Of a stretch of 64,000 nucleotides of DNA, positions 42,487-52,727 are shown piece by piece. Made by a program: the position numbers and the translations under genes. Position 1 is the first letter of the stretch. Every line of letters begins with the position of its first letter. Below the pieces are notes generated by a model. The model saw only the letters and a list, made by a program, of their open reading frames with translations, ran no database searches and was not told the DNA's origin. Source of the DNA: Gammaproteobacteria bacterium (lineage in GTDB: Bacteria > Pseudomonadota > Gammaproteobacteria > Ga0077536); NCBI GenBank assembly GCA_963662545.2, contig CAXXLL010000003.1:2592001-2656000 (forward strand), given 5' to 3'.

Positions 42487-43425
42487 CCGGTCCGGTCGCG
42501 GTGACAGACTGGGCCGCGGTGATGGGCGACGTGGCGATTGCCTTGCTGGGCGAGCCGAACGCGGCACTCTCGAGTGAGCGCGAGTTGCGCTACGGGCACC
42601 GGGGCAGCCTAGTGGTGCACATCGCGGGCCCGTACGCCGGCTGGTTTCGCGACCATGAGGCAGGCACGGGCGGCGGTGTGCTCGACCTCATAGGGCGTGA
42701 ACGCGGTGGCGCTCGGCACGAAGCGTGGGCTTGGCTTTGCGCACACGGTTTTCTGTCCGAACAGACCGTTCCCATACGGGAGCGCCGCCCACGAACCGTC
42801 ACGACGCATGGCACTGATGCCCAAGAGACGAGCGGCAAGCGAGCTTGTGCGCGCGCAATCTGGAAGGAAGCCCTTCCGTTGAGAGGTTCGCTCGCCGAAG
42901 CCTATCTGCACAGGCGCGGTGTGGCGGTGGCCGACGCGCCGGCGCTGCGATTCCACCCGCGACTTCGACATCCGCGCGCGCCCTATTCGTTTCTCCCCTG
43001 TCTGGTGGCGTGCGTGCAGGACTGTGGAGGGCGATTTCTCGGGATCCAGCGCACCTACCTGGAGGGCCCGGACAAGGCCCCCGGTCCAGCCGGTTCGCGC
43101 GAGTCTCGGGCGGCTCACGGGTGGTGCGGTTCGACTTGCCGAGCCGGCGGACGAGGTGCTGCTCGTCGGCGAGGGCATCGAGTCGGCCGCAGCGGCCATG
43201 CAGCAGTTCGACCTGCCCGGCTGGGCCGCGCTCGGGACCGCTGGGCTGTGTGCGCTGGTCGTGCCCGAGGCCGTCCGCGAAGTGATCATTGCCGCCGACC
43301 GCGATGCGCCCGGACTCGAAGCGGCGGCAGCGCTCGCCGAGCGGCTGGAGGCCGAGGGGCGGCGCATCACGATCGTTGCGCCCCGTGCCGGCGGTGACTT
43401 CGCCGATAAGGAGGATGGTCGATGA
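42483..43425 (+). pseudogene. Toprim-domain DNA primase with a +1 frameshift in a C5 run
   Basis: Frame 1 has AEAYL.RRG, LRFHP and GIQRTYL..PDKA. Frame 2 has SLG...GGAVRL, VGEGIES and IIAADRD..G..AA. One extra C at 43078-43082. Confidence 0.8.
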
Positions 43426-45128
43426 GCAGGTCAACGAAGGATGTCGGCATCCTGAACATATTTGAGGCGAAGCGCGAGGCGGCGATCCTCAGGCAGTTGC
43501 CTGAAGACTGGGTGGCGCTCGTCGAGCGTTCAAGACTGGACCCGGGCGCGCCGTTGGAGAAACCGGCCATTAAGCGTCTCAAGACACTACGCGCCGAGGA
43601 CGCGCCCACTTGGGCGCGACTGCGGCAACTACTCAAGGCTCTCAATGTGCCGGTCACGGAGCTTGACCGCCAGACCCGCCTGGCCGAGCCGGGCCACAAG
43701 GGGGGCTCAGCGCAAGTCCGTCGCTTGCTCGACATGGTCGAACGCGACTGCACTCTGTTTCACTGCGGAGATGAGGCGTTCGCCGAGTTCGAGCACGACG
43801 GGCACCGTCAATCGTGGCCGGTGCCCTCGCAGGGCTTTAGCGCGTGGCTTCGGGCGCGATACTTCGAAGCATCCGACGGCGGCGCGCCAAACAACGAGGC
43901 GTTGCAAACGGCGATCGGCACGATCGCGGCACGGGCGCAGTTTCGAGGCCTGGCGCGCGAGGTCTATCGTCGTGTCGGCTCGGAGGCCGGCCGGCTTTAT
44001 CTCGACCTCTGCAATGACGCCTGGCAGGCCGTCGAGATCGACGCGACCAGGTGGCGCTGCGTTGACCGTCCGGCGGTGCGGTTTATCCGCACGCGGCACA
44101 TGCGCGCACTGCCCGAGCCCAAGCGCAATGGGCAGATCGAAGCCCTCCGAGCGTTTCTCAATCTGGCCGGCGATGACGACTTCAACCTCGCCGTAGCTTG
44201 GCTCTTGGCGGCACTCCGCCCGACCGGCCCGTATCCGGTGCTGGTGCTGACGGGTGAGCAAGGGTCGGCCAAGAGCACGTGCGCACGGATGCTGCGTGCC
44301 CTTGTCGACCCCCATGAGGCGGCGCTGCGTGCACCGCCGCGCAATGAACACGAACTGTTCATCGCAGCGCGCAACGCACACGTGCTGGCGTTCGACAACC
44401 TGAGCACGGTCTCGCCGTGGCTGTCGGATGCGCTATCCCGGCTCGCAACAGGGGCCGGGTTCGCTGCGCGCAAGTTGTACACCGACGACGAGGAGAACGT
44501 GATCAGCGCGGAACGCCCCACGATCCTGAACAGTATCGATGCCGTCGTGACGCGAAGTGATTTGGCAGACCGGGCACTTGTCCTGACGCTCGAGGCCATC
44601 CCGGATACGCACCGCAAGCGGGAATCCGTTTTGTGGGCCGACTTCGAGCGAGCGCGCCCTCACATCCTCGGTGCCCTGCTCGATGCGATGGTGGTGGGGC
44701 TGAATCGGCTTGAGGAGGTGCGGCTCGACGAGCTACCGCGGATGGCGGACTTCGCCGAGTGGGCGGTGGCGTGTGAGCCCGGGATGTTCGACGAGGGCGC
44801 GTTCCTGCGTGCGTATGCACTTAATCGCAAGGGCGCCGTCACGACCGTGATGGATGCCAGCCCGGTCGCTAGCGCGATCTGCGACCTGATGCGAAAGAGG
44901 CGAGGTCAGGTCTGGGAAGGGACAGCGACCGAGCTGTACCGTGAACTAACCGGGCCCGTCGATAAGCGCGTGATGAAAACTCCGGGATGGCCCGTCAATG
45001 CACAAACGCTGAGCCGGTGTCTGAACACCGTCACCTCGGCGCTGCGGCCGGTCGGGATCACGGTCGGCCGACAGAAGAGCGGCCAGCGTTTGATTTGGCT
45101 ATCCGGCTCACCGGAAGGGAAACACTGA
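43422..45128 (+). CDS. P-loop ATPase / replicative helicase-like protein of mobile elements
   Basis: Walker A GEQGSAKS, Walker B AFDN, RKLYTD, RSDLADR and PRMADF; C-terminal winged helix. Confidence 0.8.
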   Translation: MSRSTKDVGILNIFEAKREAAILRQLPEDWVALVERSRLDPGAPLEKPAIKRLKTLRAEDAPTWARLRQLLKALNVPVTELDRQTRLAEPGHKGGSAQVRRLLDMVERDCTLFHCGDEAFAEFEHDGHRQSWPVPSQGFSAWLRARYFEASDGGAPNNEALQTAIGTIAARAQFRGLAREVYRRVGSEAGRLYLDLCNDAWQAVEIDATRWRCVDRPAVRFIRTRHMRALPEPKRNGQIEALRAFLNLAGDDDFNLAVAWLLAALRPTGPYPVLVLTGEQGSAKSTCARMLRALVDPHEAALRAPPRNEHELFIAARNAHVLAFDNLSTVSPWLSDALSRLATGAGFAARKLYTDDEENVISAERPTILNSIDAVVTRSDLADRALVLTLEAIPDTHRKRESVLWADFERARPHILGALLDAMVVGLNRLEEVRLDELPRMADFAEWAVACEPGMFDEGAFLRAYALNRKGAVTTVMDASPVASAICDLMRKRRGQVWEGTATELYRELTGPVDKRVMKTPGWPVNAQTLSRCLNTVTSALRPVGITVGRQKSGQRLIWLSGSPEGKH

Positions 45129-45205
45129 AGGGCGTCCCCATGCGCGCGGGGCGGTGGTGGAGAGACACGTGCACCCATCCCTGAACGAACACCATAGGAG
45201 CACCA

Positions 45206-45742
45206 TTGATGAAGCACACCGAAATGATGGCCTTGTCAAATCGGGGGGGCACACGCACCGCGGTGGAACGCGCGAGCGCGTGGCTGCTGTCGCACTTGGA
45301 GGCGGGCAGCTGCTTGGACGCCGCCGGCTGGGTGTCGGCACGCGCGATTGAGTTGGCGCGTTCGAAGACCGGCGTGAGCCGTGCCGCGCTGAACAAGGCG
45401 CGCCGATGGTTACAGCAAACCGGAGACATCGAGAAACGGCGTCGCGGCTTTCAAGGTCCGTGGATGTATCGCGTGGTGGCCTCGAAGTCCAGGCACTGTC
45501 CGGTGTGCGGTGCGGTCAACGGTGTGCCGGCCCCGGCCCCTGCCGAGCCGGTGTCGACCCAGCCTGCGGTGGCGATCCGCTACCTTGGTCGGCGGTCCTG
45601 GTACGCTGATGGATTGTATGGGACCGGCCTCATATGGCACGGCCCCGGTGACATCCAGCCGCTCGCCGACATAGACAAGGCACGGCGCATGGCCCGGAAT
45701 CACCCGGATGCCTATGAGCTCGTCGAGGTCGAGTCCGACTGA
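45206..45742 (+). CDS. Hypothetical protein (winged-HTH-like with CPVC)
   Basis: RBS AGGAG; GVSRAALNKARR.L...G.IEK and GPWMY. Confidence 0.55.
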   Translation: MMKHTEMMALSNRGGTRTAVERASAWLLSHLEAGSCLDAAGWVSARAIELARSKTGVSRAALNKARRWLQQTGDIEKRRRGFQGPWMYRVVASKSRHCPVCGAVNGVPAPAPAEPVSTQPAVAIRYLGRRSWYADGLYGTGLIWHGPGDIQPLADIDKARRMARNHPDAYELVEVESD

Positions 45743-46220
45743 CCGCGTTCAGGCGCCTGAGCCAAGGCAAACAAACGGCGCACAAGACCTGTTCCAACTG
45801 CCAACCGCTGAAACGCAAAGAGTCACCAAGACCGTAACAAACAGCGTCGCACCTGCGGTCCGGTTGCCTCGTTGGGCCCACCTCCAGCGGAAAACGAGGG
45901 CAATATTGCTCAGCATGAAGAAGCGACCTTCAAAGCCGGTTGACACACTCGCGGCTGCCAACCTTTTGCGTCACCGTTGACAAAGTGACCACTAAGCACC
46001 CATAGCCGTTGTCGTTTATTCGTCAACACCTATATACGATTGACGATCTCAACGTCGCTATAGCACACCGCCCACCGTGACAACTCATGTGGTCCGCCCT
46101 GTCGGGCCACCCGCTGAACACAACAGCTGTTCAATGCAGCGCTGGGTAGCTCCCGGTGCTGGGCGAATAAGCGGGACTTTCCGGGATCACGTGGGTTGTC
46201 GAGAGCTTAACCTACAGGTT

Positions 46221-46321
46221 CAGCCGCTCCAACGCGTCTCGCGACCGCCCCCACCACGACCGCGCTGTAGTCAGTGCACTCCGCGCCCGGCGTGCCCGAC
46301 CTCGCTTTCAGACAATTTCAT
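46221..46321 (-). pseudogene. hsdR: Type I restriction subunit R, N-terminal remnant
   Basis: ATG overlaps the upstream stop. Across frameshifts it reads MKLSESEV / TPGAECTDYSAVVV / RDALERLNL, resembling the HsdR N-terminus (ESEVE...TPGAER.DY..VVL..RLRDAL.RLNP). Confidence 0.65.
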
Positions 46322-47034
46322 GCGGCCACCTCACACGGCCCCAAGCGAAGCTCCGCCAAAATCAAATTGTCTTTGAACACGTTCACCTCAACCGTCGAGG
46401 AGGTAAACCGTGGGGGCAGCCGCGTTTCCGAGGATACCGTAACTTGGTAGGAGGACGGCCAACTTTCCCCCGATGCAACGACCTCATGCACGGCGCCGCA
46501 CAAGGCGATACTAAGAACGCGCCCGTCGAAGTTGAACGTCATCTCGGCCTCCCCGGCAATCTCGGACAGAGCAGCTTGCAGCTTACGCCGAAGGGGGCGG
46601 GCATACTCCCGGTCGATGAAACACTTAGGGCTTGCTTGGTAGGCCGCCCGGTAGGCCTCTAACCTTTCCTGACTCGCCTGTTCCTCTCGGACGGCCGGCA
46701 CGAGGTCCCAGTGGCGTTCTCCCTCCAGAAACCAAGCTGGCAAGGGCTCTAGATCGGACCGGTCCGATTTGAGAACGTAGCTTACCCAGGCCGCGGCTTC
46801 CTGAGGGGTCCCGAGACTTGCCGGAAGGTGGTGCTCTATTTGGCTCAGAGTACGCCCGGTATTGAGAACACCGTTGAGAAGCACCTCGGGCTGAAAATAC
46901 CTACTTATTGTGGCGGAGGCCTTCAAGTCGAGATAGCGAAACCGATAGCCGACGGTTTCCATGCCGAATTCGGGCTCCCGGTGCTCAAAGCCGAGCGCGA
47001 CCAAGGCGTCTAGGGTTGGGTATTTGTCGCTCAC
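46318..47034 (-). CDS. Hypothetical 238-aa protein between the hsdS and hsdR remnants
   Basis: Intact ORF with 4-bp overlaps at both ends; no family recognised. Confidence 0.75.
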   Translation of the reverse strand: MSDKYPTLDALVALGFEHREPEFGMETVGYRFRYLDLKASATISRYFQPEVLLNGVLNTGRTLSQIEHHLPASLGTPQEAAAWVSYVLKSDRSDLEPLPAWFLEGERHWDLVPAVREEQASQERLEAYRAAYQASPKCFIDREYARPLRRKLQAALSEIAGEAEMTFNFDGRVLSIALCGAVHEVVASGESWPSSYQVTVSSETRLPPRFTSSTVEVNVFKDNLILAELRLGPCEVAA

Positions 47035-47258
47035 GCCGCGGCCTCCACGGCTTCTTCGGCGTTCGACAGGCTAATTTCGCCCCCGATGAGTTTTGGGAAG
47101 AGCGTTTGACGAAGCTGGGCAAGCGTGCGGCCCTTCGGTGTATTGGCGACTGTTCGATCCAATAGCGACTCTGCGATACCGGCGAAGATACTCAACAACG
47201 CTTGGCCCGGTTGGAGCATTCGAAACGTGTCGGTACCCAACCTTCCGAAATGGCTCAC
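47031..47258 (-). pseudogene. hsdS: Type I R-M specificity subunit, C-terminal fragment
   Basis: RTLAQLRQTLFPKLIGGEI...AEEAVEAAA matches the conserved HsdS C-terminus (LRDTLLPKLISGE). Confidence 0.8.
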
Positions 47259-47662
47259 AGCCGTTCCAACCTTACCGAGTTCAAAGAACCGGAGTTATCC
47301 ACTCAATCCGTCCCGTAATGGCTGACGCCCGACAGAAGAAAACTGAACTGGCCAGATGCTGACCCTCAGGCTGGACCATCTAAAGGACCCCGGCCGACCC
47401 AACCGGCGGTAAACAAAGCCGCAATGTTCACCGATGCAAAATAAAAATCACGTGTCATCTTTTTGCACTCGACCGGGCACAAATTTTCCCCGATATCCGC
47501 GCCGCTCCCAATTGTCACATGACAGCATAACCTCATGACACTCGCCGATCGTGTCCATCCAGATGGTCGGCTGGTGTACTTCGAACTCGTAGCGAATGGA
47601 TCGGGCACGGGATGCGCGTACCACAGCCCGCGCGACGCTTCCTGGCGGCGGCTTCCTGTTCG

Positions 47663-48100
47663 CTACCACTCGAGGAAGGGCGTTTCGGCAATCACCTGAT
47701 CGACGATGGCTTCGGCTTTCGGCCCCATCGGCATCGATGGCTGGAAGGTCGGCCGAAGCTTTCCTTTGAAAGGCGGCGGAATGAATCCCGTGCGCGAAAG
47801 TTTTGCCTCGCGTACACCCCATTCTTCCCCGTCCGTCAGCGTAATGAGGATTTCCGTCACCATATATTCCTTGCCATGGATATGGATATAGCCGCCCTGG
47901 GGCGCAAACCGAAGCGCGTCCACGCGCAACTGTTCCCTTTTCCGCAGTGTTTCTGGATTAAAGGCGAAATAGTGGCTGGTGGTTCCCCAGTTGAGGCTAT
48001 CCGTTTCGTGGGTCACCAAGACATGAACGACACGGCGTCCGTCCGCCATCCATCTCGCCGCTTCTTCATCTTCCCGCGCGACCGCGTAGAGTGTGTGTTC
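47663..48100 (-). pseudogene. C-terminal part of an unknown gene truncated by IS6
   Basis: The frame stays open from the ATG at 48049 up to the IS6 end at 48101. Confidence 0.5.
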
Positions 48101-48813
48101 GGCATTGTCAGACTAACTGGGTCGGACCGGTAGAACCTGCAATCGAGGCCTTTTAAGCTGTAAGTTGACACCACTCAGCCAGGGCAGCGGCTCGAGCTTG
48201 TTTGAAAATAGCGCGGCGGTTGAGGTGGCGTTGGTGGTTGAAATGGTTATAGATCGAGGCATGGACGGCGGCGAATTTCTGTAGGGTCTTGATGTCTCTG
48301 AAGCGCGCCATTGCCCCTTCCCGCCTTCGAAAGGGCTGATGTGAGTTTTCTGCCCGGTTGTTCAGCCAACGCCCGGTCTCTTGGCAACCTTCGTTGCCGA
48401 GCACCTTCATCGCAGCACGGTATGACGGTAGCCTATCCGTGACGATCGAAGCCGGCCGGCCATAACGCTTCATCGTGCCCTTCAGGAACTCAAGCGCAGC
48501 CTTGCGGTCCCGCCGTTTCGTCACAAAACCCTCAAGGACTTCGCCTTCATGGTCAACGGCACGCCATAGGTAATGTGTCTTGCCGTTGATGCGGACAAAC
48601 ACTTCATCAAGGTGCCAGCGCCAGTTCGAATAGGATCCATGATGAACACGGCGTGTCCGGATCTCCGCGGCAAACAGCGAACCAAAGCGGTTCCACCAAT
48701 ACCGCACGGTCTCATAGCAGATCTCGATGCCGCGCTCGAACAGGAGATCTTCGACCTGTCTCAGCGACAAAGGGTATCGGACATACAACATCACCGCGAA
48801 GCGGAGTAACCGG

Positions 48814-50397
48814 TCAAACGGCGGCGTCTGGTAATTGATCTCGTGTTGCGGTAACGACGGCCAAGTTAGAACGCAGCGGTTGGGTAGCGAACAATGTCTT
48901 CCACACCCGAGGCGTGAGTTGTTCCACTGCGCTATCCGGATGGATCGCGATCCTCTGGAGTACATCAACCAGGTAGGTGTACGGATTAATGCCGTGTATT
49001 CGGCAAGTACAGATCAAACTTTGTATGATCCCAACGTGTTCAGCGCCCACCTCAGTCCAACAGAACATCCAATTCTTTCGGCCCATCGGAATGGGTCTCA
49101 GAGCGCGCTCTAAATGATTCGTGTCGATCGCGACGCTCGCATCCGATAAGTAAACACGTAACGCGCCCTCACGCTCGGCTGCATAGGCCAGCGCCTTCGT
49201 AAACGGCTGACTCGGTAATAAACCCATGCACTGGCGTTGCTCGTCAAGCCAGGCAAAAAATGCATCAACCGCAGGCAAGGCGTACCGGCTGCGGTAGGTC
49301 TGGGTCGCCGCTTCATCCATTGCCTGGTCACGGATGGTGGCCTCAACGGCATACAGTGCCGCGATCAAATCAAGTGCCTGCGCCGCACTTTGTGGCCTAT
49401 CGGATAATGCCCTTTCGAACTGACGACGCGTGTGCGCCCAGCATTGCGCATGCACGACTTCATCGCCGCGATCGGCGGCAAAACGCGCATAAGCCGCGGC
49501 GCCATCGGTTAGTAAGGTGCCTTTAAAGTCCACCAACGTTTTGTCGATGTGCGACCGCGCCTTGGTTCGCGCAAACGTGAACGCAATCTCATCCGCTTCG
49601 CCATAAATTGGCCAATACCACGCCGCGTTCATCTTGCCCTTGCCCGAGCGACCCGCCTTAATCGGCGTTTCATCCATCGCCAGCGTCTTCGATAACAAGA
49701 TATGCCGCAACTGCGCCAGATAAATCGGCTTCAACAGGTCACTTGCCTTCTGCACCCAGTGCGTCAGACTCGACCGCGCCACGGTAATGCCGTTCAGCCC
49801 CATTCGTTGATGTTGACGGTACAGCGGCAGGTGATAAGCGAACTTATCAACCAGCATCCCCGCAACCACACTCACATCCGCCAATGAGCCGGACCACAGA
49901 CCATCGGGCGCCGGGATCGTGAAGATCTGACCGTCGCTTTTGCGCTTCACTACCGGTTGGATGTACTTCAAGACCACATAGGCCGCCGGCCGTTGCGCTA
50001 AACGATAGGTGATCTTTTCACTGCTCGCTTCAAACGCATCCGCGACATCTTCAGGTACCGACAATTGGATGCATTCAATCGGCACCGAGTCATCGAAACG
50101 TAACCCTTGATCAGTCACACAATCATCGCCACGGCGCTTTCCTTTGCGCCGCTGATAAGTGATCGTTTCTTTCTCAACCGCCGCCGTCGATGACGACTCA
50201 TCCTCGAAGCCATTGAGTAACCGTTGATCGGGATTGGGATCAATCAGCCGCCGTTCAGACTTGCGACCGAACAGTTGGCGTTTGAACCAGTCGAGTTGTT
50301 GGGTGAGTGTGGCGACCTGCGTTTTGAGGGCTGTGTTTTCCGCTTGTAACACCGCCGCATCAAGTGATATTTCCGGCGTTGCATAACCCCCATTCAT
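48814..50397 (-). CDS. tnpC: IS66 transposase TnpC
   Basis: LFGRKSER, HLPLYRQ, MDET, TDG, CWAHTRR and DTNHLERALRP. Confidence 0.95.
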   Translation of the reverse strand: MNGGYATPEISLDAAVLQAENTALKTQVATLTQQLDWFKRQLFGRKSERRLIDPNPDQRLLNGFEDESSSTAAVEKETITYQRRKGKRRGDDCVTDQGLRFDDSVPIECIQLSVPEDVADAFEASSEKITYRLAQRPAAYVVLKYIQPVVKRKSDGQIFTIPAPDGLWSGSLADVSVVAGMLVDKFAYHLPLYRQHQRMGLNGITVARSSLTHWVQKASDLLKPIYLAQLRHILLSKTLAMDETPIKAGRSGKGKMNAAWYWPIYGEADEIAFTFARTKARSHIDKTLVDFKGTLLTDGAAAYARFAADRGDEVVHAQCWAHTRRQFERALSDRPQSAAQALDLIAALYAVEATIRDQAMDEAATQTYRSRYALPAVDAFFAWLDEQRQCMGLLPSQPFTKALAYAAEREGALRVYLSDASVAIDTNHLERALRPIPMGRKNWMFCWTEVGAEHVGIIQSLICTCRIHGINPYTYLVDVLQRIAIHPDSAVEQLTPRVWKTLFATQPLRSNLAVVTATRDQLPDAAV

Positions 50398-50415
50398 GGG
50401 TACGTATTGTACCGT

Positions 50416-50784
50416 TTACACTGCTGACCGTCGATCGTTTTCCGGTAATCGAAACCGTTTTAATCGACGCACTGAGCGTAGATCGATCCCTTCAATAATG
50501 CACTGCCATTCGCTGCGTTGCAGCCGCTGTTTGACCTCGCTATTCCACCGAACCTGGAACTGACCGCGTTCGAGTTTCTTACTCCACAGACAATATCCGT
50601 CCGACTCAAAGTACAGCGCTTTTAATAACGTACGCCGGCGATTGACGAAAACGTACAGTGCCCCATCGAGGGGCTCCTCGTGTAACGCCTGCCGCACCAA
50701 CGCCGATAAACCATGGAACGATTGACGCATATCAGTCGGTGCCCGACATAACCATATACGCAAACCCGATGGGGGCGACCACAT
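50416..50784 (-). CDS. tnpB: IS66 accessory protein TnpB
   Basis: TDMRQSFHGL, FVNRRR and KKLERG.F. Confidence 0.93.
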   Translation of the reverse strand: MWSPPSGLRIWLCRAPTDMRQSFHGLSALVRQALHEEPLDGALYVFVNRRRTLLKALYFESDGYCLWSKKLERGQFQVRWNSEVKQRLQRSEWQCIIEGIDLRSVRRLKRFRLPENDRRSAV

Positions 50785-51074
50785 CAGTGCCGTGACACAC
50801 GTAGCACGATGTCATCACCGAGCGCTAACTCGATATCCCATTGTGCATTGGTTAATGGTTGTAACGGGGCCAACTCGACGAAACGTGTTTCCGCCTTCCC
50901 TATCTGAGCGTCCCTCGCTGACCTCGACTTCCTTTTACTGAACGTCGAATATCCAATTCCTCGCTCAGCACAGAATGCGCGGATCGATGAACCGCTTTGT
51001 GCCTGCTCCGCTAATAGGCCACGCCACTCATCCGCACTACGTCGTTTGTTCCGAGGTTTTCCGTGATCATTCAT
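50784..51074 (-). CDS. tnpA: IS66 accessory protein TnpA
   Basis: W..LL..Q..SG.SIRAFC...GI and FVEL. Confidence 0.85.
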   Translation of the reverse strand: MNDHGKPRNKRRSADEWRGLLAEQAQSGSSIRAFCAERGIGYSTFSKRKSRSARDAQIGKAETRFVELAPLQPLTNAQWDIELALGDDIVLRVSRH

Positions 51075-51876
51075 TTACCAAGCTCCCGATTGACTGGGAA
51101 ACCTGGCAAACTAAACCATCTGCCCGAGACCGTGAATAACGGCCTGGATTGACCGGTTACGAAGCGGATCACTTCGGGCGAACTGTTGAAATAACGGAAA
51201 GGATTGTGCATCACCGGAGGCTACGAGGCCTTACTTTTCAGCTCAAGCCTATTTACTCTGACAATGCGATCATCCGTGCACCCGCCGCGATGAGCAGTCC
51301 TTCGACCGCCGCCCATTAAGGGAACGGCTCGTTGCGAAGCTCGCCCCATAAGCACACTCTTTCCTATTCTTCGGCCCTGTAGTCCTCGGTTCTGCCCTTC
51401 CCGTCGCCGATTACCGCCGGTCTCCAGGTGACGGCGCCGCGTTGACCGTTGCGGCGCCCTCGTCCATGTTCCCGACCACATTCCGAGTGTTCGGCTGGCT
51501 CGCGATCGCGGCGGCAGTCGCTCTGCCGTTCGTGGGCAGGGTGCGCATCAACGCGCTGCTTGGCTGGTTCGAAGGGAAGCCAACGTTCTTGATCCGGATC
51601 TGGTTAATCTTCGGCGTCGCGGTCGGCGCGTTCCTGGTTCACGCCGTCTGATCCAGATTGAATCAAGGGCGGCACGGCGCCGGGCGCCAGTTCGAGCCGT
51701 CCGCCTCGCGCTTGAAGTTCGAGCTGATGATGAACGGCTCCGTCAGATAGGTCGGGTTGCGGAGTCCAAATGCATCCCAGTCATCGTGAAGTTCGGAGCA
51801 TGCCTGACCACGCACGTGTTCCGTAGACAGAGCGTCATGCCGTCCCTTAGAAACAGATGACGGAACAGGCACTCAA

Positions 51877-52635
51877 CTAATGCGGCCGGTGCTTGGAATT
51901 ACTGTGTTGCGTTTCCGGCGCAAAGTCCAGCCGTATCCCCCGAGGTTTGGGTGGCGGGTCTTTTCTGGACTTGATCCAGTTTAAAAGAGGTTGCCATTGA
52001 GAGATGTCTTTGCGCGCACGGGACGACGCAAGCTCGTGGACGCCAAGCCCGCGATCGGTGGCGTGCAAGTAGTTCTGGGTGTCGCGCAAAACCGTCACCA
52101 ATTCGATGTCCAGGCTGTCCAGGAAGCTCATCAGTTTGCGGTACATGATGGTCTTTTCCCGGACTCTGTTTGCAATCACGCCGAGCTTGCCCGATGAACG
52201 GCTGACTTTGGCAACCAGCAGCAGGTCGGCCATCAGATGCGACGCGGCGTGAATGTCGGTGTCTGAGGTCAAAACCGGCACCAGAATCGCATCTGCCGAC
52301 TGGGTAAACTCGCACAGCCGCCGCACCCCAAGACCCGCCGGTGTGTCTACAATCAACTGCCTAACCTCTGCCGGTACACTGAGTTGCCAGCTACGGGTCT
52401 TGCGGGAATTGAAGTGGTAAGCGGCAATGCCGTGTATCGCCGGCCGCTCGGGTGGACGCTTGTCGAGCCAATGCATGCTCGACCCCTGAGGATCGCAATC
52501 CATCAGGGCCGGAGCGCCTTCCATCAGGGCAAAACAGCTTGCCAGATTGGTGCACAGGGTGGTCTTGCCCGAACCCCCTTTGGGGTTGAGCACGACAATC
52601 TTGAGCAGATCACGACGGCTGGGGATAGTGATCAT
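51877..52635 (-). CDS. ParA-family ATPase (short CbiA/Soj-like)
   Basis: NPKGGSGKTT, DCDPQGS, VDTPAG and LRDTQNY. Confidence 0.88.
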   Translation of the reverse strand: MITIPSRRDLLKIVVLNPKGGSGKTTLCTNLASCFALMEGAPALMDCDPQGSSMHWLDKRPPERPAIHGIAAYHFNSRKTRSWQLSVPAEVRQLIVDTPAGLGVRRLCEFTQSADAILVPVLTSDTDIHAASHLMADLLLVAKVSRSSGKLGVIANRVREKTIMYRKLMSFLDSLDIELVTVLRDTQNYLHATDRGLGVHELASSRARKDISQWQPLLNWIKSRKDPPPKPRGIRLDFAPETQHSNSKHRPH

Positions 52636-52727
52636 TTGCCGGAAACCAGTGTATGTTTTGCCTGAGTGTTCCTGAGTATGCGCCTGGTAACTGGATTCAT
52701 CCACCCGGCTCAAGCCGATTTACTCTC

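Larger units (their letters stand above)
38321..46000 (+). mobile_element. Integrative phage-satellite-like element (int, xis, primase, ATPase); boundaries approximate
   Basis: Co-oriented integrase, DUF932, HTH excisionase, toprim primase and P-loop ATPase; no att core repeat identified. Confidence 0.65.
48806..51160 (-). mobile_element. Complete IS66-family element
   Basis: Both ends read GTAACCGGTCAA; 8-bp TSD GAAGCGGA at 48798-48805 and 51161-51168. Confidence 0.97.
48153..51211 (-). pseudogene. IS6 transposase split by IS66
   Basis: N-terminus MHNPFRYFNSSPEVIRF (51211-51161) continues as AVMLYVRYPLSLRQVEDLL...WHLDE...ITD-like IVTD...NNRAENSH below 48805. Confidence 0.9.
48101..51268 (-). 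mobile_element. IS6-family element interrupted by IS66
   Basis: IRs GGCATTGTCAGACTAA (48101) and TTACTCTGACAATGCG (ends 51268). Confidence 0.88.

Noticed and set aside
48806-48968. N-terminus of the 271-aa IS6 ORF in the track
   Set aside because: It is read from IS66 DNA; the real N-terminus is at 51161-51211.
50416-50784. RNA-guided TnpB nuclease
   Set aside because: This is the IS66 accessory TnpB (122 aa), unrelated to IS200/IS605 RuvC TnpB.
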